A stretch of 52,838 nt of DNA from an uncultured Candidatus Saccharibacteria bacterium (lineage in GTDB: Bacteria; Patescibacteriota; Minisyncoccia; Phycocordibacterales; UBA1006), in assembly GCA_964592365.1 (NCBI GenBank), contig CAZQDL010000002.1, forward strand, positions 30,080-82,917, written 5' to 3'. The position numbers and the translations under genes were made by a program. This document shows positions 37,288 to 48,322 of the stretch, piece by piece. The notes under the pieces are model-generated. The model searched no databases, was not told the DNA's origin, and saw nothing but the letters and a program-made list of their open reading frames with translations. Positions within the stretch are counted from its first letter, which is position 1. Each line of letters opens with the position of its first letter.

Positions 37288-39318
37288 ATGCCAGGATTTA
37301 AACTTATCTCAGAATACAAACCAGCAGGAGATCAACCAAATGCTATTTCCTCATTGATTGATGGGTTACATAGCGGAGAAAAGAAACAGACACTGCTAGG
37401 AGTAACTGGTTCTGGAAAAACTTTCACCATGGCAAATGTTATCCAGGCTGTACAAAAACCTACTTTAGTTATTGCACATAACAAGACCTTAGCAGCACAA
37501 TTGGCACAAGAGTTTAAGGAATTCTTTCCTGAAAATGCGGTCCACTATTTCGTATCATATTATGATTACTATCAACCTGAAGCATATGTTGCTGCAAGTG
37601 ATACCTATATCGAGAAAGATGCACAGATAAATGAAGAAATAGATCGTCTTCGTCATGCCTCTACTCAGTCACTTATTTCTCGAGAAGACGTAATAATCGT
37701 TGCTTCTGTTTCTTGTATCTATGGGTTAGGTTCACCAGAAGAATATTTAAGAAGAAATTTTTTGATAACGGTAGATGAACAAATATCTAAAATTGATATT
37801 ATGAGAAAGCTCATCGATATTCATTTTGAGAGAACAAATGCAGATTTAACACCGGGATCTTTTCGTTCAATTGGAAACGTAGTTGATATCATGCCAACGA
37901 ATGAAAAGATTATCTATAGTATACGATTAGCACTCGGATCTATTGATCAAATTCTTGTGATCGATGCCGTTTCTGGAACGGTTCTTGAAGAGGTAAGGGA
38001 AGTACTCATATTCCCAGCAAAGCACTTTCTTACTGATGGAGAAAAGAAAGATCAAGCAGTACAACTTATTGATGCTGAATTAAAAGAACAGCTTGCAAAG
38101 TTTACCAAAGAGGAAAAGATACTTGAATACGATAGATTGAAACGTCGTACTGAATATGATTTAGCTATGATACGAGAAGTCGGATATTGTTCTGGAATTG
38201 AAAACTATTCTCGACATCTTTCTGGTAAGAAAGAAGGAGAGGCTCCTGATACCTTACTTTCATATTTTCCTCATGACAAAGATGGTAACCCAGAATTTCT
38301 AACAATCATCGATGAGTCTCACGTAACTCTTCCTCAAATTAGAGGTATGTATAGAGCTGATGCGTCTCGAAAACAAAATCTAATAGACTATGGTTTTAGA
38401 TTACCAAGTGCAAAAGACAACAGACCATTACGATTTGATGAATTTGAAGAACGTGTAGGTCAACAAGTATATGTGTCTGCAACACCTTCTGACTTCGAAC
38501 GTGAAGTATCTTCACGTGTTGTTGAGCAAATTATTAGACCAACAGGACTGCTTGATCCGATAATACTACAGCGTGGAGTGAGGGTTGATCCAGAAACTGG
38601 ATATGAAGGACAGGTACAGAATTTCATTAACGAAGCAAGTCATGAAATTACAACAGGAGGAAGAGTTTTAGTAACCACCTTAACTAAAAAGATGGCAGAA
38701 GATCTTTCTGAATACTTAAAAGAAAAAAATATACGTGCCGCATATATTCATAGTGATGTAAAAACTATGGAACGTATAGAAATCATAACGGACTTTCGAA
38801 AGGGAACCTATGATATCCTCATTGGTGTTAACTTATTAAGAGAAGGTCTTGATATGCCAGAAGTTACCCTTATCGGAATACTTGATGCCGACAAAGCAGG
38901 ATTTCTACGATCAGAAACCTCACTTATTCAAACCATTGGAAGAGCTGCTCGAAATGACAGGGGAAGAGTTATCGTCTATGCAGATACTATGACTGATGCT
39001 TTGAAAGCAGCTATTAGTGAAACAGATCGAAGAAGAAGTCTTCAAGCGAAATACAACACGGAACATGGTATTACTCCTCAGACGATACGAAAAACCATAC
39101 GAGATATTACCGATCAGTTAAGAACAAATCATGTGAAAAATGTACTTGCTGAACTTGAAACAGATCTCAGTGCATTTTCAGGTAATATACTGAAGCTAAT
39201 AAAATACAAAAAAAGAGCGATGAACGATGCAGTAAAAGATTTAGACTTTGAACGTGCTGCTATCATTCGAGATGAAATAATTGAGCTTGAACATATGCAA
39301 GAAAAAAAAGGAATATAA
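37288..39318 (+). CDS. uvrB: Excinuclease ABC subunit B
   Basis: GDQP, LLGVTGSGKT, YFVSYYDYYQPEAY, DESH, GVNLLREGLD, QTIGRAAR and C-terminal UVR domain. Confidence 0.98.
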   Translation: MPGFKLISEYKPAGDQPNAISSLIDGLHSGEKKQTLLGVTGSGKTFTMANVIQAVQKPTLVIAHNKTLAAQLAQEFKEFFPENAVHYFVSYYDYYQPEAYVAASDTYIEKDAQINEEIDRLRHASTQSLISREDVIIVASVSCIYGLGSPEEYLRRNFLITVDEQISKIDIMRKLIDIHFERTNADLTPGSFRSIGNVVDIMPTNEKIIYSIRLALGSIDQILVIDAVSGTVLEEVREVLIFPAKHFLTDGEKKDQAVQLIDAELKEQLAKFTKEEKILEYDRLKRRTEYDLAMIREVGYCSGIENYSRHLSGKKEGEAPDTLLSYFPHDKDGNPEFLTIIDESHVTLPQIRGMYRADASRKQNLIDYGFRLPSAKDNRPLRFDEFEERVGQQVYVSATPSDFEREVSSRVVEQIIRPTGLLDPIILQRGVRVDPETGYEGQVQNFINEASHEITTGGRVLVTTLTKKMAEDLSEYLKEKNIRAAYIHSDVKTMERIEIITDFRKGTYDILIGVNLLREGLDMPEVTLIGILDADKAGFLRSETSLIQTIGRAARNDRGRVIVYADTMTDALKAAISETDRRRSLQAKYNTEHGITPQTIRKTIRDITDQLRTNHVKNVLAELETDLSAFSGNILKLIKYKKRAMNDAVKDLDFERAAIIRDEIIELEHMQEKKGI

Positions 39319-39334
39319 GTTATATTCCTTTTTT
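39304..39334. terminator. Bidirectional terminator formed by two convergent gene ends
   Basis: AAAAAAGGAATATAA-g-TTATATTCCTTTTTT; both genes end in KKGI*. Confidence 0.75.
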
Positions 39335-39586
39335 ATTTTTATTAATTCCCCATATACATATGTGAAGTATAAGCAAGATAATATTAAGATACATAAATAT
39401 TCTAATGGCCAGAGCGTTTTGAATATTCATATGCCAATCTGCAAGCATGATGGCACTCGTTGCGTTTCCTATGAGAATTACATTATGTATCCATAGATAG
39501 AAGTTTCTTTTTGTGAATTTTACAATAATTACCATAAAGAAACCTAAGAGTGTACAAAGAAGTACAATGATTTCTTTTCTTTCCAT
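39320..39586 (-). CDS. Hypothetical membrane protein (3 TM)
   Basis: 88-aa hydrophobic ORF antisense between uvrB and uvrA; likely start MERKE. Confidence 0.6.
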   Translation of the reverse strand: MERKEIIVLLCTLLGFFMVIIVKFTKRNFYLWIHNVILIGNATSAIMLADWHMNIQNALAIRIFMYLNIILLILHICIWGINKNKKGI

Positions 39587-39710
39587 ATGATCTGATGTTT
39601 GTTTGTATAACAGTATATAAAGAATATTCAATATGTAAAATAACAAAAGATACCATGATATACTGTTAATATCTTGTTATCCTTGAAAGATAACGTAGAC
39701 TCCACATACT

Positions 39711-42371
39711 ATGGCAATAAATAACGAACATAAGCATAATCAAGAATGGATTACCATTAAAGGTGCGCGAACGCACAATTTAAAGAATATTAGTCTGGAA
39801 ATTCCTCGGAATAAGATGACCGTAATTACAGGTCTTTCTGGTTCAGGAAAATCTTCACTTGCTTTTGATACTATTTTTGCTGAAGGGCAACGAAGATATG
39901 TTGAATCACTATCTTCATATGCTCGTCAATTTTTGAATCAAATGTCAAAACCTGATGTTGATGAAATATCAGGACTTTCACCTGCAATCTCTATTGATCA
40001 AAAATCTCGTTCTAATAATCCTCGTTCAACCGTTGCAACCATCACTGAGATTTATGACTATCTTCGTGTACTTTTTGCACGTATTGGACAACCATATAGC
40101 CCTATCTCAGGAAGAAAGATTCAAAAACTTTCAAACCAGGAGATTGTAGAGTTTATCAAAAAGACGGTATATCCATATCAGCAACAAAAAGGTGAGAAAG
40201 AAATCATGGGTGTTGTTATCAATGAACTTCAGGTACATGTACTTGCTCCTGTTGTTCGTGGAAGAAAGGGCGAATACTATCAACTTCTCTACGATATGCT
40301 AAACAAAGGGTATACGGTTGCTCGTGTTGATGGGGTAATGCATAAATTACGAAATCAGATAACACTTTCAAAAACTAAGAAACATGATATTGATTTTCTT
40401 GTTGATACCTTTTCAGTTCATGAATTCAATGACAACGAGGAAGATGTTTCTCTTCGACTTCATGAAGCAGTTGAAAGGGCCATTAATCTTTCAGATGGAA
40501 TGGTTCGACTAGTTATCGAAACAGATCCTTCCTTACCTAAATCAAAACAGAAAGTCTTAGAAGAATCACTTCTTTCAGCTCGATTAGTTGATCCAGAAGA
40601 TGGTTATGTATTTCCAGAAATTGAACCAAGAATGTTTTCATTTAACAGTCCATATGGGGCTTGCCAAGATTGTAATGGATTAGGTACTAAACATATGTTT
40701 GGTGAAGAACCATGTGCAGGGTGTATGGGAGCTCGATTACGTCATGAAGCGCTACATGTATACATTGGAAACAGAGATACTAATGGGGAATTAAAAAAAG
40801 AAACACGGATTAACATCATAGATTTCGTTTCAATGAGGATTGAAGATGCGTATGAATACATGGCAACCTTAGATCTTTCAGAAAAAGACAGACAAATTGC
40901 TGCTGTTTTACTTAGGGAAATTGAAAATCGTCTTGAATTCATGATGAATGTTGGACTTGAATATTTGAGTTTAGATAGAAAGGCACATACCTTATCAGGA
41001 GGAGAAGCACAAAGAATTAGATTGGCTTCACAACTAGGTTCTCAATTGGTAGGAGCATTATATGTTCTTGATGAACCTACTATTGGACTACATGCAAGAG
41101 ATAATCTTCGGTTAATTAGAACCCTTAGAGAACTTTGTGACAAAGGAAATACCATTATTGTAGTTGAACATGATGAGGAAACTATAGCTGCTTCAGATTA
41201 TCTTGTTGAAATTGGTCCTGGTGCTGGAATTCATGGAGGAGAAGTAATTGTTGCTGATGAAATTTCAAAATTAATGAAAAGTAAGAAGGATATTGAAAAA
41301 TCATTAACCCTTAAATATCTAACTCAGGAAATGAAGATTGAGGTTCCTAAAATGAGACGTCAGAAGGATAAAGGGATTATCGAGATAAAAGGTATTGTTT
41401 ATAACAATCTAAAAAATGTGAATGTTACCATTCCTTTAGGAAAGTTAGTTGCTATCACTGGTGTTTCAGGATCAGGTAAATCATCTTTCATGCATGGAGT
41501 ACTCTCTAAAAATATGGATGCACGTTTTAACAAGAGGTATAAATCAAATGAAGTTATTCGTGCACACACAGCTCATGGTTTTTCAGACATTTCTCGTGGA
41601 ATTGTTATCGATCAATCACCAATTGGAAGAACTCCACGTTCTAATCCTGCTACGTATACAGGAGCCTTTGATCATATTCGTGATCTCTTTTCAGAAACTA
41701 CCGAAGCACAACTACGAGGGTGGGGTAAAGGTAGATTTTCATTTAATACAAAAGGGGGTCGTTGTGAGGCCTGCCAAGGAAGAGGTTCAGTTGCTGTTGA
41801 AATGGGATTTCTTCCTACAGTATATGTAACCTGTGATGTTTGTTTAGGAAAACGTTTCGAAAAAGATACTTTGTCAGTAACTTATAAGAATAAGAATATC
41901 TTTGAGGTACTTGAGATGACCATCGAAGAAGCTCATGATTTCTTCAAGGATATTCCTGCAATTGTTGATAGAACAAAGACACTTCTAGAAACTGGACTTG
42001 GATATATTACCCTAGGACAACCAGCTAATACTCTTTCAGGGGGAGAATCACAACGTGTGAAGATTGCTTCAGAATTATATCGGCCACAACTTACAAAAAC
42101 ACTCTATTTACTTGATGAACCAACGGTAGGTCTTCATTTTGATGACGTAAGGAAACTTTTACAGATTCTTCAACGATTGGTAGATAAAGGGAATAGTGTT
42201 GTGGTTATTGAACACAACTTAGACCTTATCAAATCAGCTGATCACATTATTGATTTCGGTCCAAAATCAGGAGATGAAGGAGGGAAGGTTGTTGCTTATG
42301 GTACTCCTGAAAATGTAGCTGATAATGAGAAATCTGTTACCGGGAAGTATCTAAAGAAGCATTTATCATAA
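39711..42371 (+). CDS. uvrA: Excinuclease ABC subunit A
   Basis: Two ABC cassettes ([21 protein letters not shown] and [21 protein letters not shown]) and Zn fingers. Confidence 0.98.
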   Translation: MAINNEHKHNQEWITIKGARTHNLKNISLEIPRNKMTVITGLSGSGKSSLAFDTIFAEGQRRYVESLSSYARQFLNQMSKPDVDEISGLSPAISIDQKSRSNNPRSTVATITEIYDYLRVLFARIGQPYSPISGRKIQKLSNQEIVEFIKKTVYPYQQQKGEKEIMGVVINELQVHVLAPVVRGRKGEYYQLLYDMLNKGYTVARVDGVMHKLRNQITLSKTKKHDIDFLVDTFSVHEFNDNEEDVSLRLHEAVERAINLSDGMVRLVIETDPSLPKSKQKVLEESLLSARLVDPEDGYVFPEIEPRMFSFNSPYGACQDCNGLGTKHMFGEEPCAGCMGARLRHEALHVYIGNRDTNGELKKETRINIIDFVSMRIEDAYEYMATLDLSEKDRQIAAVLLREIENRLEFMMNVGLEYLSLDRKAHTLSGGEAQRIRLASQLGSQLVGALYVLDEPTIGLHARDNLRLIRTLRELCDKGNTIIVVEHDEETIAASDYLVEIGPGAGIHGGEVIVADEISKLMKSKKDIEKSLTLKYLTQEMKIEVPKMRRQKDKGIIEIKGIVYNNLKNVNVTIPLGKLVAITGVSGSGKSSFMHGVLSKNMDARFNKRYKSNEVIRAHTAHGFSDISRGIVIDQSPIGRTPRSNPATYTGAFDHIRDLFSETTEAQLRGWGKGRFSFNTKGGRCEACQGRGSVAVEMGFLPTVYVTCDVCLGKRFEKDTLSVTYKNKNIFEVLEMTIEEAHDFFKDIPAIVDRTKTLLETGLGYITLGQPANTLSGGESQRVKIASELYRPQLTKTLYLLDEPTVGLHFDDVRKLLQILQRLVDKGNSVVVIEHNLDLIKSADHIIDFGPKSGDEGGKVVAYGTPENVADNEKSVTGKYLKKHLS

Positions 42372-42453
42372 AACTTGCTAGATATCATCTTACATGTTAT
42401 TATAATTTCGTATTAAAAAGCAGGTATTTGCTTTAACATACCTACCACACCTT

Positions 42454-43506
42454 ATGAAAAAACAACGAAAGATTAAATTAACATTCAAACCAAAGCAATC
42501 ATCTACAAAATTGCTTAAAGATCTAAAGGAACGAGATCGATATGTTCTTGAGAGTCGTTTCGGGTTAAATAGCCCAAAGAAAAAAACTCTTGAATCTATT
42601 GGTCAAGAATATGATATTACTCGGGAACGAGTTCGTCAGATTCAAGATGCTGCACTTAAAGCAATTAGAAAATCAGACAGCTACGGGGAGGCAAAGGAAA
42701 TTTTCATTGAAATTGAAAAATTCATCCATGATCTAGGGGGTATTGTAGCTGAAGACAATCTGCTAAATCACATCTCAGATGATGAAGTAATTCAAAATCA
42801 TATTCATTTTCACCTTGTAGTTGGTGACAAATTTAAGAAGCATAAAGAAGATGGAAAGTTTAAAAGTAGATGGTCAGTAAATGGTGATCTTGCAAATAAA
42901 GTTCATGCAGCCCTTGAAAAACTTCACCTTAATCTTGATGAAGATGATTTGCTTTCAGAAGAACATATGATCCTTCGATTCCTTGATCGTCTTGACGGGG
43001 TTGAAGATGGATATGTTGATGATGATGTTGCACGTCAATTCCTTTCTCTTTCAAAAAAGATTGATAGGAATCCATTAGGAGACTGGGGTCTTAGCTCATC
43101 ACAAAATATTTCAGTACGAGGAATTCGTGATTATGCATACCTTGTTATGAAAGATAATGGTTCACCAATGCACTTCAGAGAAGTTGCAGCAGCTATTGTT
43201 GATACTTTTGGAAAAAAGGCACATTCAGCTACTACTCACAATGAGCTAATAAAAGATAATCGTTTTGTACTTGTTGGACGTGGTATGTATGGTCTTAAAG
43301 AATGGGGATACCGAGCTGGTGTCGTTAAAGAAGTTATCAAAGATCTCATTGAAGAACGTGGTCCAATGACCAAGGAAGAGATTATTGACGCTGTTCTTAA
43401 AGAACGATATCTCAAAGAAAATACTATTTTAGTTAATCTTTCTAATAAGGATTACTTTAAAAAGAATAAGGAAGGGAAATATACTTTAGTAAAGACAAAA
43501 AAATAA
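42454..43506 (+). CDS. Sigma-70 region-4-like HTH protein with C-terminal winged-helix (HARE-HTH/delta-like) domains
   Basis: LKERDRYVLESRFGL..TLESIGQEYDITRERVRQIQ mirrors RpoD region 4; C-terminus PMHFREVA..HNELIKDNRFVLVGRGMYGLKEWG; no sigma region 2. Confidence 0.8.
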   Translation: MKKQRKIKLTFKPKQSSTKLLKDLKERDRYVLESRFGLNSPKKKTLESIGQEYDITRERVRQIQDAALKAIRKSDSYGEAKEIFIEIEKFIHDLGGIVAEDNLLNHISDDEVIQNHIHFHLVVGDKFKKHKEDGKFKSRWSVNGDLANKVHAALEKLHLNLDEDDLLSEEHMILRFLDRLDGVEDGYVDDDVARQFLSLSKKIDRNPLGDWGLSSSQNISVRGIRDYAYLVMKDNGSPMHFREVAAAIVDTFGKKAHSATTHNELIKDNRFVLVGRGMYGLKEWGYRAGVVKEVIKDLIEERGPMTKEEIIDAVLKERYLKENTILVNLSNKDYFKKNKEGKYTLVKTKK

Positions 43507-43529
43507 GCAGAAATGCTTATTTTTTTGTC
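43494..43529 (+). terminator. Intrinsic terminator
   Basis: GACAAAAAAATAAGCA-gaaa-TGCTTATTTTTTTGTC, 16-bp stem. Confidence 0.8.
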
Positions 43530-43553
43530 ATACCATGTGATATGATATATCTA

Positions 43554-44756
43554 ATGAATATTGCTATCAGTTTTCTCCTTAATACAGCATTTGTTTGGTT
43601 ACCAATAATACTTTTTTTTGTTTTTCGATTTTTGTATCTTGAGTACAAAATACAATCATATGCATTAGGGAAATTGAGTTTCAAACATTACACAATGCTT
43701 GAAATCAATGTACCAAAGGAAATATATAAACCTCCACAAGCTATGGAGTTTGTTATCGATGTACTTCATCACTTAGGAGGAGGAGCTATGGATTGGAAAC
43801 ATAAGTATTGGTTTGGAGCAATTCTTTGGCCTTCATCTCTTGAAATTGTTTCAATTGAAGGTTCTATTTACTTTTTTATCCGTGTGCCTAAAAAATTAGC
43901 AGACTTAGTTAAAAGTACTATATATTCACAATATCCTCAGGTTGAAGTAAGTGAGGTTGATGATTACACAAAGCATGTTCCTAACTATCTTACTAACCAT
44001 AATTCATGGGAGTTATATGGTGTTGATTACAAATTAGCAAAAGAAGATTTTCTTCCTATCAAAACCTACATTGATTATGAATTAGATAAGAATGTTGGAA
44101 AAATTGATGAGAATCAAAAAATAGATCCATTGACTCCAATGATTGAATTTTTAAGTACCCTAGGTCCAGGTGAACAAGTTTGGATCCAGTATATTATCAG
44201 AGGAGATGCATTTTCAAATTGGCGTAAAGATGCAGAAGCTTTTGTTCAAGAGAAGATGTCTAAAACAGGAAAGAAGACTGACGAAGAAGATATTTCAGAT
44301 CCACGACTTTCACCAGGAGAACAAGAACAAGTAAAAGCGGTACAACGTAGTCTTTCTAAATTTGCTTTTGAAACATATATTCGTGCTTTATATATTGCAA
44401 AGAAGGACAAAGAAAATCCAGGGGTGAAAGGTTATTTCAAGGGTCCAATATTTAAGCCCTTCGCTTCTTTATTTCACAACAGTATAAAGAAAAATGATGA
44501 TACGGGGTTTGATTGGATTTGGGAGGATTTCACAGGTAAAAAAGATCTTGAAAAACGAAAAAGCTTCTATGCTGATTATGTAAACAGAGAAGGTTTCTAT
44601 CGTCCACTTTGGAATAGAAATCCTGTTAATCCAATTATCCTTACTTCAGAAGAACTTGCTACCTTATTCCATCTACCAGGATCAGTTTCAGAAACTAATA
44701 CCTTCAAGCGTATCGATGCAACAAAGTCGCAACCACCACAAGATTTACCAATTTAA
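43554..44756 (+). CDS. Conserved hypothetical membrane-anchored protein (CPR-type)
   Basis: N-terminal TM helix; LEINVPKE..KPPQAME, SLEIVS, IYSQYP, PIKTY, ILTSEELATLFHLP and C-terminal PPQDLPI motifs. Confidence 0.75.
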   Translation: MNIAISFLLNTAFVWLPIILFFVFRFLYLEYKIQSYALGKLSFKHYTMLEINVPKEIYKPPQAMEFVIDVLHHLGGGAMDWKHKYWFGAILWPSSLEIVSIEGSIYFFIRVPKKLADLVKSTIYSQYPQVEVSEVDDYTKHVPNYLTNHNSWELYGVDYKLAKEDFLPIKTYIDYELDKNVGKIDENQKIDPLTPMIEFLSTLGPGEQVWIQYIIRGDAFSNWRKDAEAFVQEKMSKTGKKTDEEDISDPRLSPGEQEQVKAVQRSLSKFAFETYIRALYIAKKDKENPGVKGYFKGPIFKPFASLFHNSIKKNDDTGFDWIWEDFTGKKDLEKRKSFYADYVNREGFYRPLWNRNPVNPIILTSEELATLFHLPGSVSETNTFKRIDATKSQPPQDLPI

Positions 44757-44775
44757 TTGGCTTGGTATGATACAG

Positions 44776-45765
44776 ATGTTTATGGGAATAAATACATCGA
44801 TAAATTCATATCTTGCTAGGAACTATGATAAAAAGAGTACCTACGTGTTAGTGGTACTTCTTTTTTTTGGTGCATTATTTCTACATGTCCAAACACAACT
44901 TTCTTCATATATTAATGAAGAAAAAATTATCACTATTGAAAGTGGTTCAAGTGCAACTACTATTGCAAAGCAACTTAATGAACATGGAATTATTTCATCA
45001 ACATATTTATTTATCCTTTTACACCGTGCAAACAATGATGTACTTAAATCTGGTACCTATGAGTTTATTGAAGGAAGGCATACAATAGCTGGTGTTTTAA
45101 AGCGTCTTGAGGATGCAGACTATGGTGATGTTTTCAAGAAAGTCACAATTCCTGAAGGAAGTACTATTCAAGAAATAGTTGATATTTTTTCATCACACGA
45201 GATGAAAATCTCACCTGATACATTTATCAACTTGAGTGAGGGGAAAGAAGGATATCTTTTTCCTGATACCTATTTCTTTCTTCCACATGATACAGAAGAA
45301 GACATTATACAACGATTAGAAAAAGCTTTTGATTTAGAATACGAAGCTAAAGCAAATGAATTCAATCCTCGTTATTCAAAGGAAGATATTGTTATTATGG
45401 CCTCAATTATTGAAAAAGAGGCAACAAGAGACATTCAAGAAATGAAATTGGTATCAGGAATACTGTGGAAGCGATTAGAAGAAGGTATTCCTCTTCAGGT
45501 AGATGCACCCTTTTTATATGTTGAAGGAAAAACAAGTGCGCAATTACGTATTAGTGATTTAAGAAAGGATGGTCCATATAATACATATACGAGAACCGGC
45601 TTACCTATAGCACCAATTGCTAATCCGGGTAGTATGGCACTTGAAGCTGCTATGGATCCAGTTTCTTCACCCTATTACTTCTATCTTCACGGAAACGATG
45701 GTGTGATACGCTATGGAGTGACACATGATGATCATATTACTAACAAGAATAGATATTTACGATAA
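44776..45765 (+). CDS. mltG: Endolytic transglycosylase MltG (YceG)
   Basis: VTIPEG, EGYLFPDTY, IMASIIEKEA, LQVDA, PYNTY and GLPIAPIANPG motifs. Start 44776 or 44782. Confidence 0.94.
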   Translation: MFMGINTSINSYLARNYDKKSTYVLVVLLFFGALFLHVQTQLSSYINEEKIITIESGSSATTIAKQLNEHGIISSTYLFILLHRANNDVLKSGTYEFIEGRHTIAGVLKRLEDADYGDVFKKVTIPEGSTIQEIVDIFSSHEMKISPDTFINLSEGKEGYLFPDTYFFLPHDTEEDIIQRLEKAFDLEYEAKANEFNPRYSKEDIVIMASIIEKEATRDIQEMKLVSGILWKRLEEGIPLQVDAPFLYVEGKTSAQLRISDLRKDGPYNTYTRTGLPIAPIANPGSMALEAAMDPVSSPYYFYLHGNDGVIRYGVTHDDHITNKNRYLR

Positions 45766-45768
45766 CTT

Positions 45769-46308
45769 ATGAAAAATAAAAACCTTGCATTTATAGATAT
45801 TGAAACAACTGGATTCGACATTGAACGACAGGAAATTATTGAAATAGGTTGTGTCATTGTAAAACAGGAAGATGGGGTACCTACATCAATTATCGATGAA
45901 TTTGATATTAAAATAAAACCTGTTCGTTTACATGAAGCTGATCCTGAAGCTCTTGCTATCAATGGGTATAATGAAGCATCTTGGATGTTTGCATTAGATT
46001 TGTCTCAAGCTATGGAACTTTTTGCGTCAAAGACAAAGGATTGCATTATGGTAGCTCATAATATTGCATTTGATTACTCATTTCTTGCAAAGGCTTTTGC
46101 TGTAACTGGAGTTGAGAATAAGATGTTCTATGCAAAATTAGATACCATTTCATTTGCATATGCAAAACTATCAAATGACGAAACAGTAACTCGCTATTCT
46201 TTGGGTGCGCTGTGTGAGAAGTTTGGAATTGAAAATACAAAAGCACATACCGCATTAGCTGATGCACGAGCAACCTATGAGGTATATCAAGAATTATTAA
46301 AAGTATAA
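45769..46308 (+). CDS. DEDDh 3'-5' exonuclease (DnaQ-like)
   Basis: FIDIETTG, VAHNIAFD and AHTALADA motifs. Confidence 0.92.
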   Translation: MKNKNLAFIDIETTGFDIERQEIIEIGCVIVKQEDGVPTSIIDEFDIKIKPVRLHEADPEALAINGYNEASWMFALDLSQAMELFASKTKDCIMVAHNIAFDYSFLAKAFAVTGVENKMFYAKLDTISFAYAKLSNDETVTRYSLGALCEKFGIENTKAHTALADARATYEVYQELLKV

Positions 46309-46325
46309 TATGCTACAATGTAATC

Positions 46326-46742
46326 ATGAGAAAAGAACGATCTTGTGGTGTAATTGTATTTCATCGTGATCAACATGCTCATATTCAATTTTTACTTGTT
46401 CAGGGGTATGGAGATTATTGGGGTTTTCCTAAGGGTCGCGCGGAGGGGAATGAAAGTCCTCTTGAAACAGCACTTCGCGAATTAGAAGAAGAAACATCTA
46501 TAGGTAAAGTGAATATACTTCCTGAACTTTGTTTCAAAGAATCATATGTGATTCAAAAAAAGAGAAAGAGTGATGTTGCAAAATCAATACTCTATTTTGT
46601 GGGTGAGGTAGATACAAAGGATGCAAATCGGCAGAGATCAGAAATTAAGCAACTAGCATGGTTTGATCTTGAGCATGCAAAGCAGCGTGTCGTACCTGAC
46701 AAAAAAGAGATTCTTGATAAGGTGTATGCATTAATAGCATGA
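46326..46742 (+). CDS. NUDIX hydrolase (Ap4A hydrolase-like)
   Basis: ERSCGVIV and Nudix box WGFPKGRAEGNESPLETALRELEEETS. Confidence 0.92.
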   Translation: MRKERSCGVIVFHRDQHAHIQFLLVQGYGDYWGFPKGRAEGNESPLETALRELEEETSIGKVNILPELCFKESYVIQKKRKSDVAKSILYFVGEVDTKDANRQRSEIKQLAWFDLEHAKQRVVPDKKEILDKVYALIA

Positions 46743-47824
46743 TACAAGGAAGAAAAAAAATATTCGTTGGAATTTCAGGAGGAGTAGATTCTTCTGTTGG
46801 TGCCGCATTGTTACAACAGCAAGGACATGAAGTCGTTGGTGTTTTTATACGTACCTGGCAACCTGATTTTATCGCTTGTACATGGAAAGAAGAACGAAGA
46901 GCTGCTATTTCAGTATGTGCACACTTAAACATTCCATTTGTTGAACTTGATCTTGAGGATGCATACAAGCAAGGTGTTGCAGATTATATGATACAAGAGT
47001 ATCAAAGGGGAAGAACTCCAAATCCAGATGTTATGTGTAACAAAGAAGTAAAATTTGGTGGTTTTTTAACATGGGCACGTCAACATGGAGCTGATTATAT
47101 TGCAACTGGGCACTATGCACAGGTAACCCATGGGGATACTCATTCAGTAATGTTGAAAGGAGTAGATGAAAAGAAAGATCAAAGTTATTTCCTTTGGACC
47201 CTTACCAATGATCAATTATCACAGGTATTGTTTCCAGTAGGTTCATTACAAAAATCTGAAGTTCGTGATCTTGCTCGCTCTTTTTTGTTGCCAACAGCAA
47301 CAAAAAAAGATTCTCAGGGAATCTGTTTTATCGGTGACATAGATATGAAAGAATTTCTAAAGCATTTTCTTGATATCAAGGAAGGCGATGTTCTTAATGA
47401 AGATGGCGAAGTTATTGGAAAACATGAAGGTTCACTGTTGTTTACCATTGGAGAGAGACATGGTTTTCATATCCTACCAAGATTTAAACAAGCTGATGAT
47501 AAGCCATATTACGTATGTGCTAAAGATACTCAGAAAAATACCATTACTGTGTCGCAGGTTAAACCGGTATTTGATATTAGGAAAAATGATTCAATTAATC
47601 TTGTTTCAGTTGTTGATAATCAGGGGGTATTTGTCGAAGGAGGTACTTATGATGCTCAATTTAGGTATCGTGGAGAACAACACGCTATCACTATAAATAG
47701 TTACGATTCAGAAAAAGGAACTATGAATATTAGTTTAGAAGGAATCGTTGATGCTGCTGCACCAGGGCAGTCAGTTGTTTTGTATAGGGGTAATGAATGC
47801 TTAGGAGGAGGAATTATAGAATAG
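46739..47824 (+). CDS. mnmA: tRNA 2-thiouridylase
   Basis: SGGVDSS, TPNPDVMCNKEVKF, ATGHYA, KDQSYF, DSQGICFIG and PGQSVVLY motifs. Confidence 0.97.
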   Translation: MIQGRKKIFVGISGGVDSSVGAALLQQQGHEVVGVFIRTWQPDFIACTWKEERRAAISVCAHLNIPFVELDLEDAYKQGVADYMIQEYQRGRTPNPDVMCNKEVKFGGFLTWARQHGADYIATGHYAQVTHGDTHSVMLKGVDEKKDQSYFLWTLTNDQLSQVLFPVGSLQKSEVRDLARSFLLPTATKKDSQGICFIGDIDMKEFLKHFLDIKEGDVLNEDGEVIGKHEGSLLFTIGERHGFHILPRFKQADDKPYYVCAKDTQKNTITVSQVKPVFDIRKNDSINLVSVVDNQGVFVEGGTYDAQFRYRGEQHAITINSYDSEKGTMNISLEGIVDAAAPGQSVVLYRGNECLGGGIIE

Positions 47825-47840
47825 ATGATATACTATTTCC

Positions 47841-48275
47841 ATGAGTGAATATGACATTATTATACGTTTAATACTCGCGTTAGTATTAGGTGCACTTATC
47901 GGAATAGAACGAGTACACGCCGGAAAGAGTGCAGGGATTAGAACCTTAGGTCTTGTTTCAATGGGGGCTGCATTATTTGTTGTAATTTCAGAAGTTATTG
48001 TTGAACGATATGGTGCTTCTGTTGACCCTATTCGTATGGCATCAAATATTGTTTCTGGGGTTGGATTTCTTGGTGCAGGTATGATTATCCTAAAGGATGA
48101 TAAGTTGGCTAATTTAACGACAGCAGCAGGAGTATGGGTATCTGCAGCTATAGGAACCGCTGTTGGATTTGGTATGTATATCTCATCAATAGTAGTAACT
48201 GTACTTGTTATCGTTACCTTTACATGGATGTGGTATTTAGAAGAATGTTTAAGAAGACATTTTCATAAAGAATAA
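47841..48275 (+). CDS. MgtC/SapB-family membrane protein
   Basis: GALIGIER, AGIRT, DPIRMASNIVSGVGFLGAG and LTTAAGVW motifs. Confidence 0.93.
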   Translation: MSEYDIIIRLILALVLGALIGIERVHAGKSAGIRTLGLVSMGAALFVVISEVIVERYGASVDPIRMASNIVSGVGFLGAGMIILKDDKLANLTTAAGVWVSAAIGTAVGFGMYISSIVVTVLVIVTFTWMWYLEECLRRHFHKE

Positions 48276-48322
48276 CAACGTGAGACGTTGTTTTTTCATA
48301 TACCAAATGTATACTCATAGGT

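Noticed and set aside
42454-43506. A second complete sigma-70 factor
   Set aside because: Only region 4 is present; there is no region 2 (RpoD box or -10 recognition helix).
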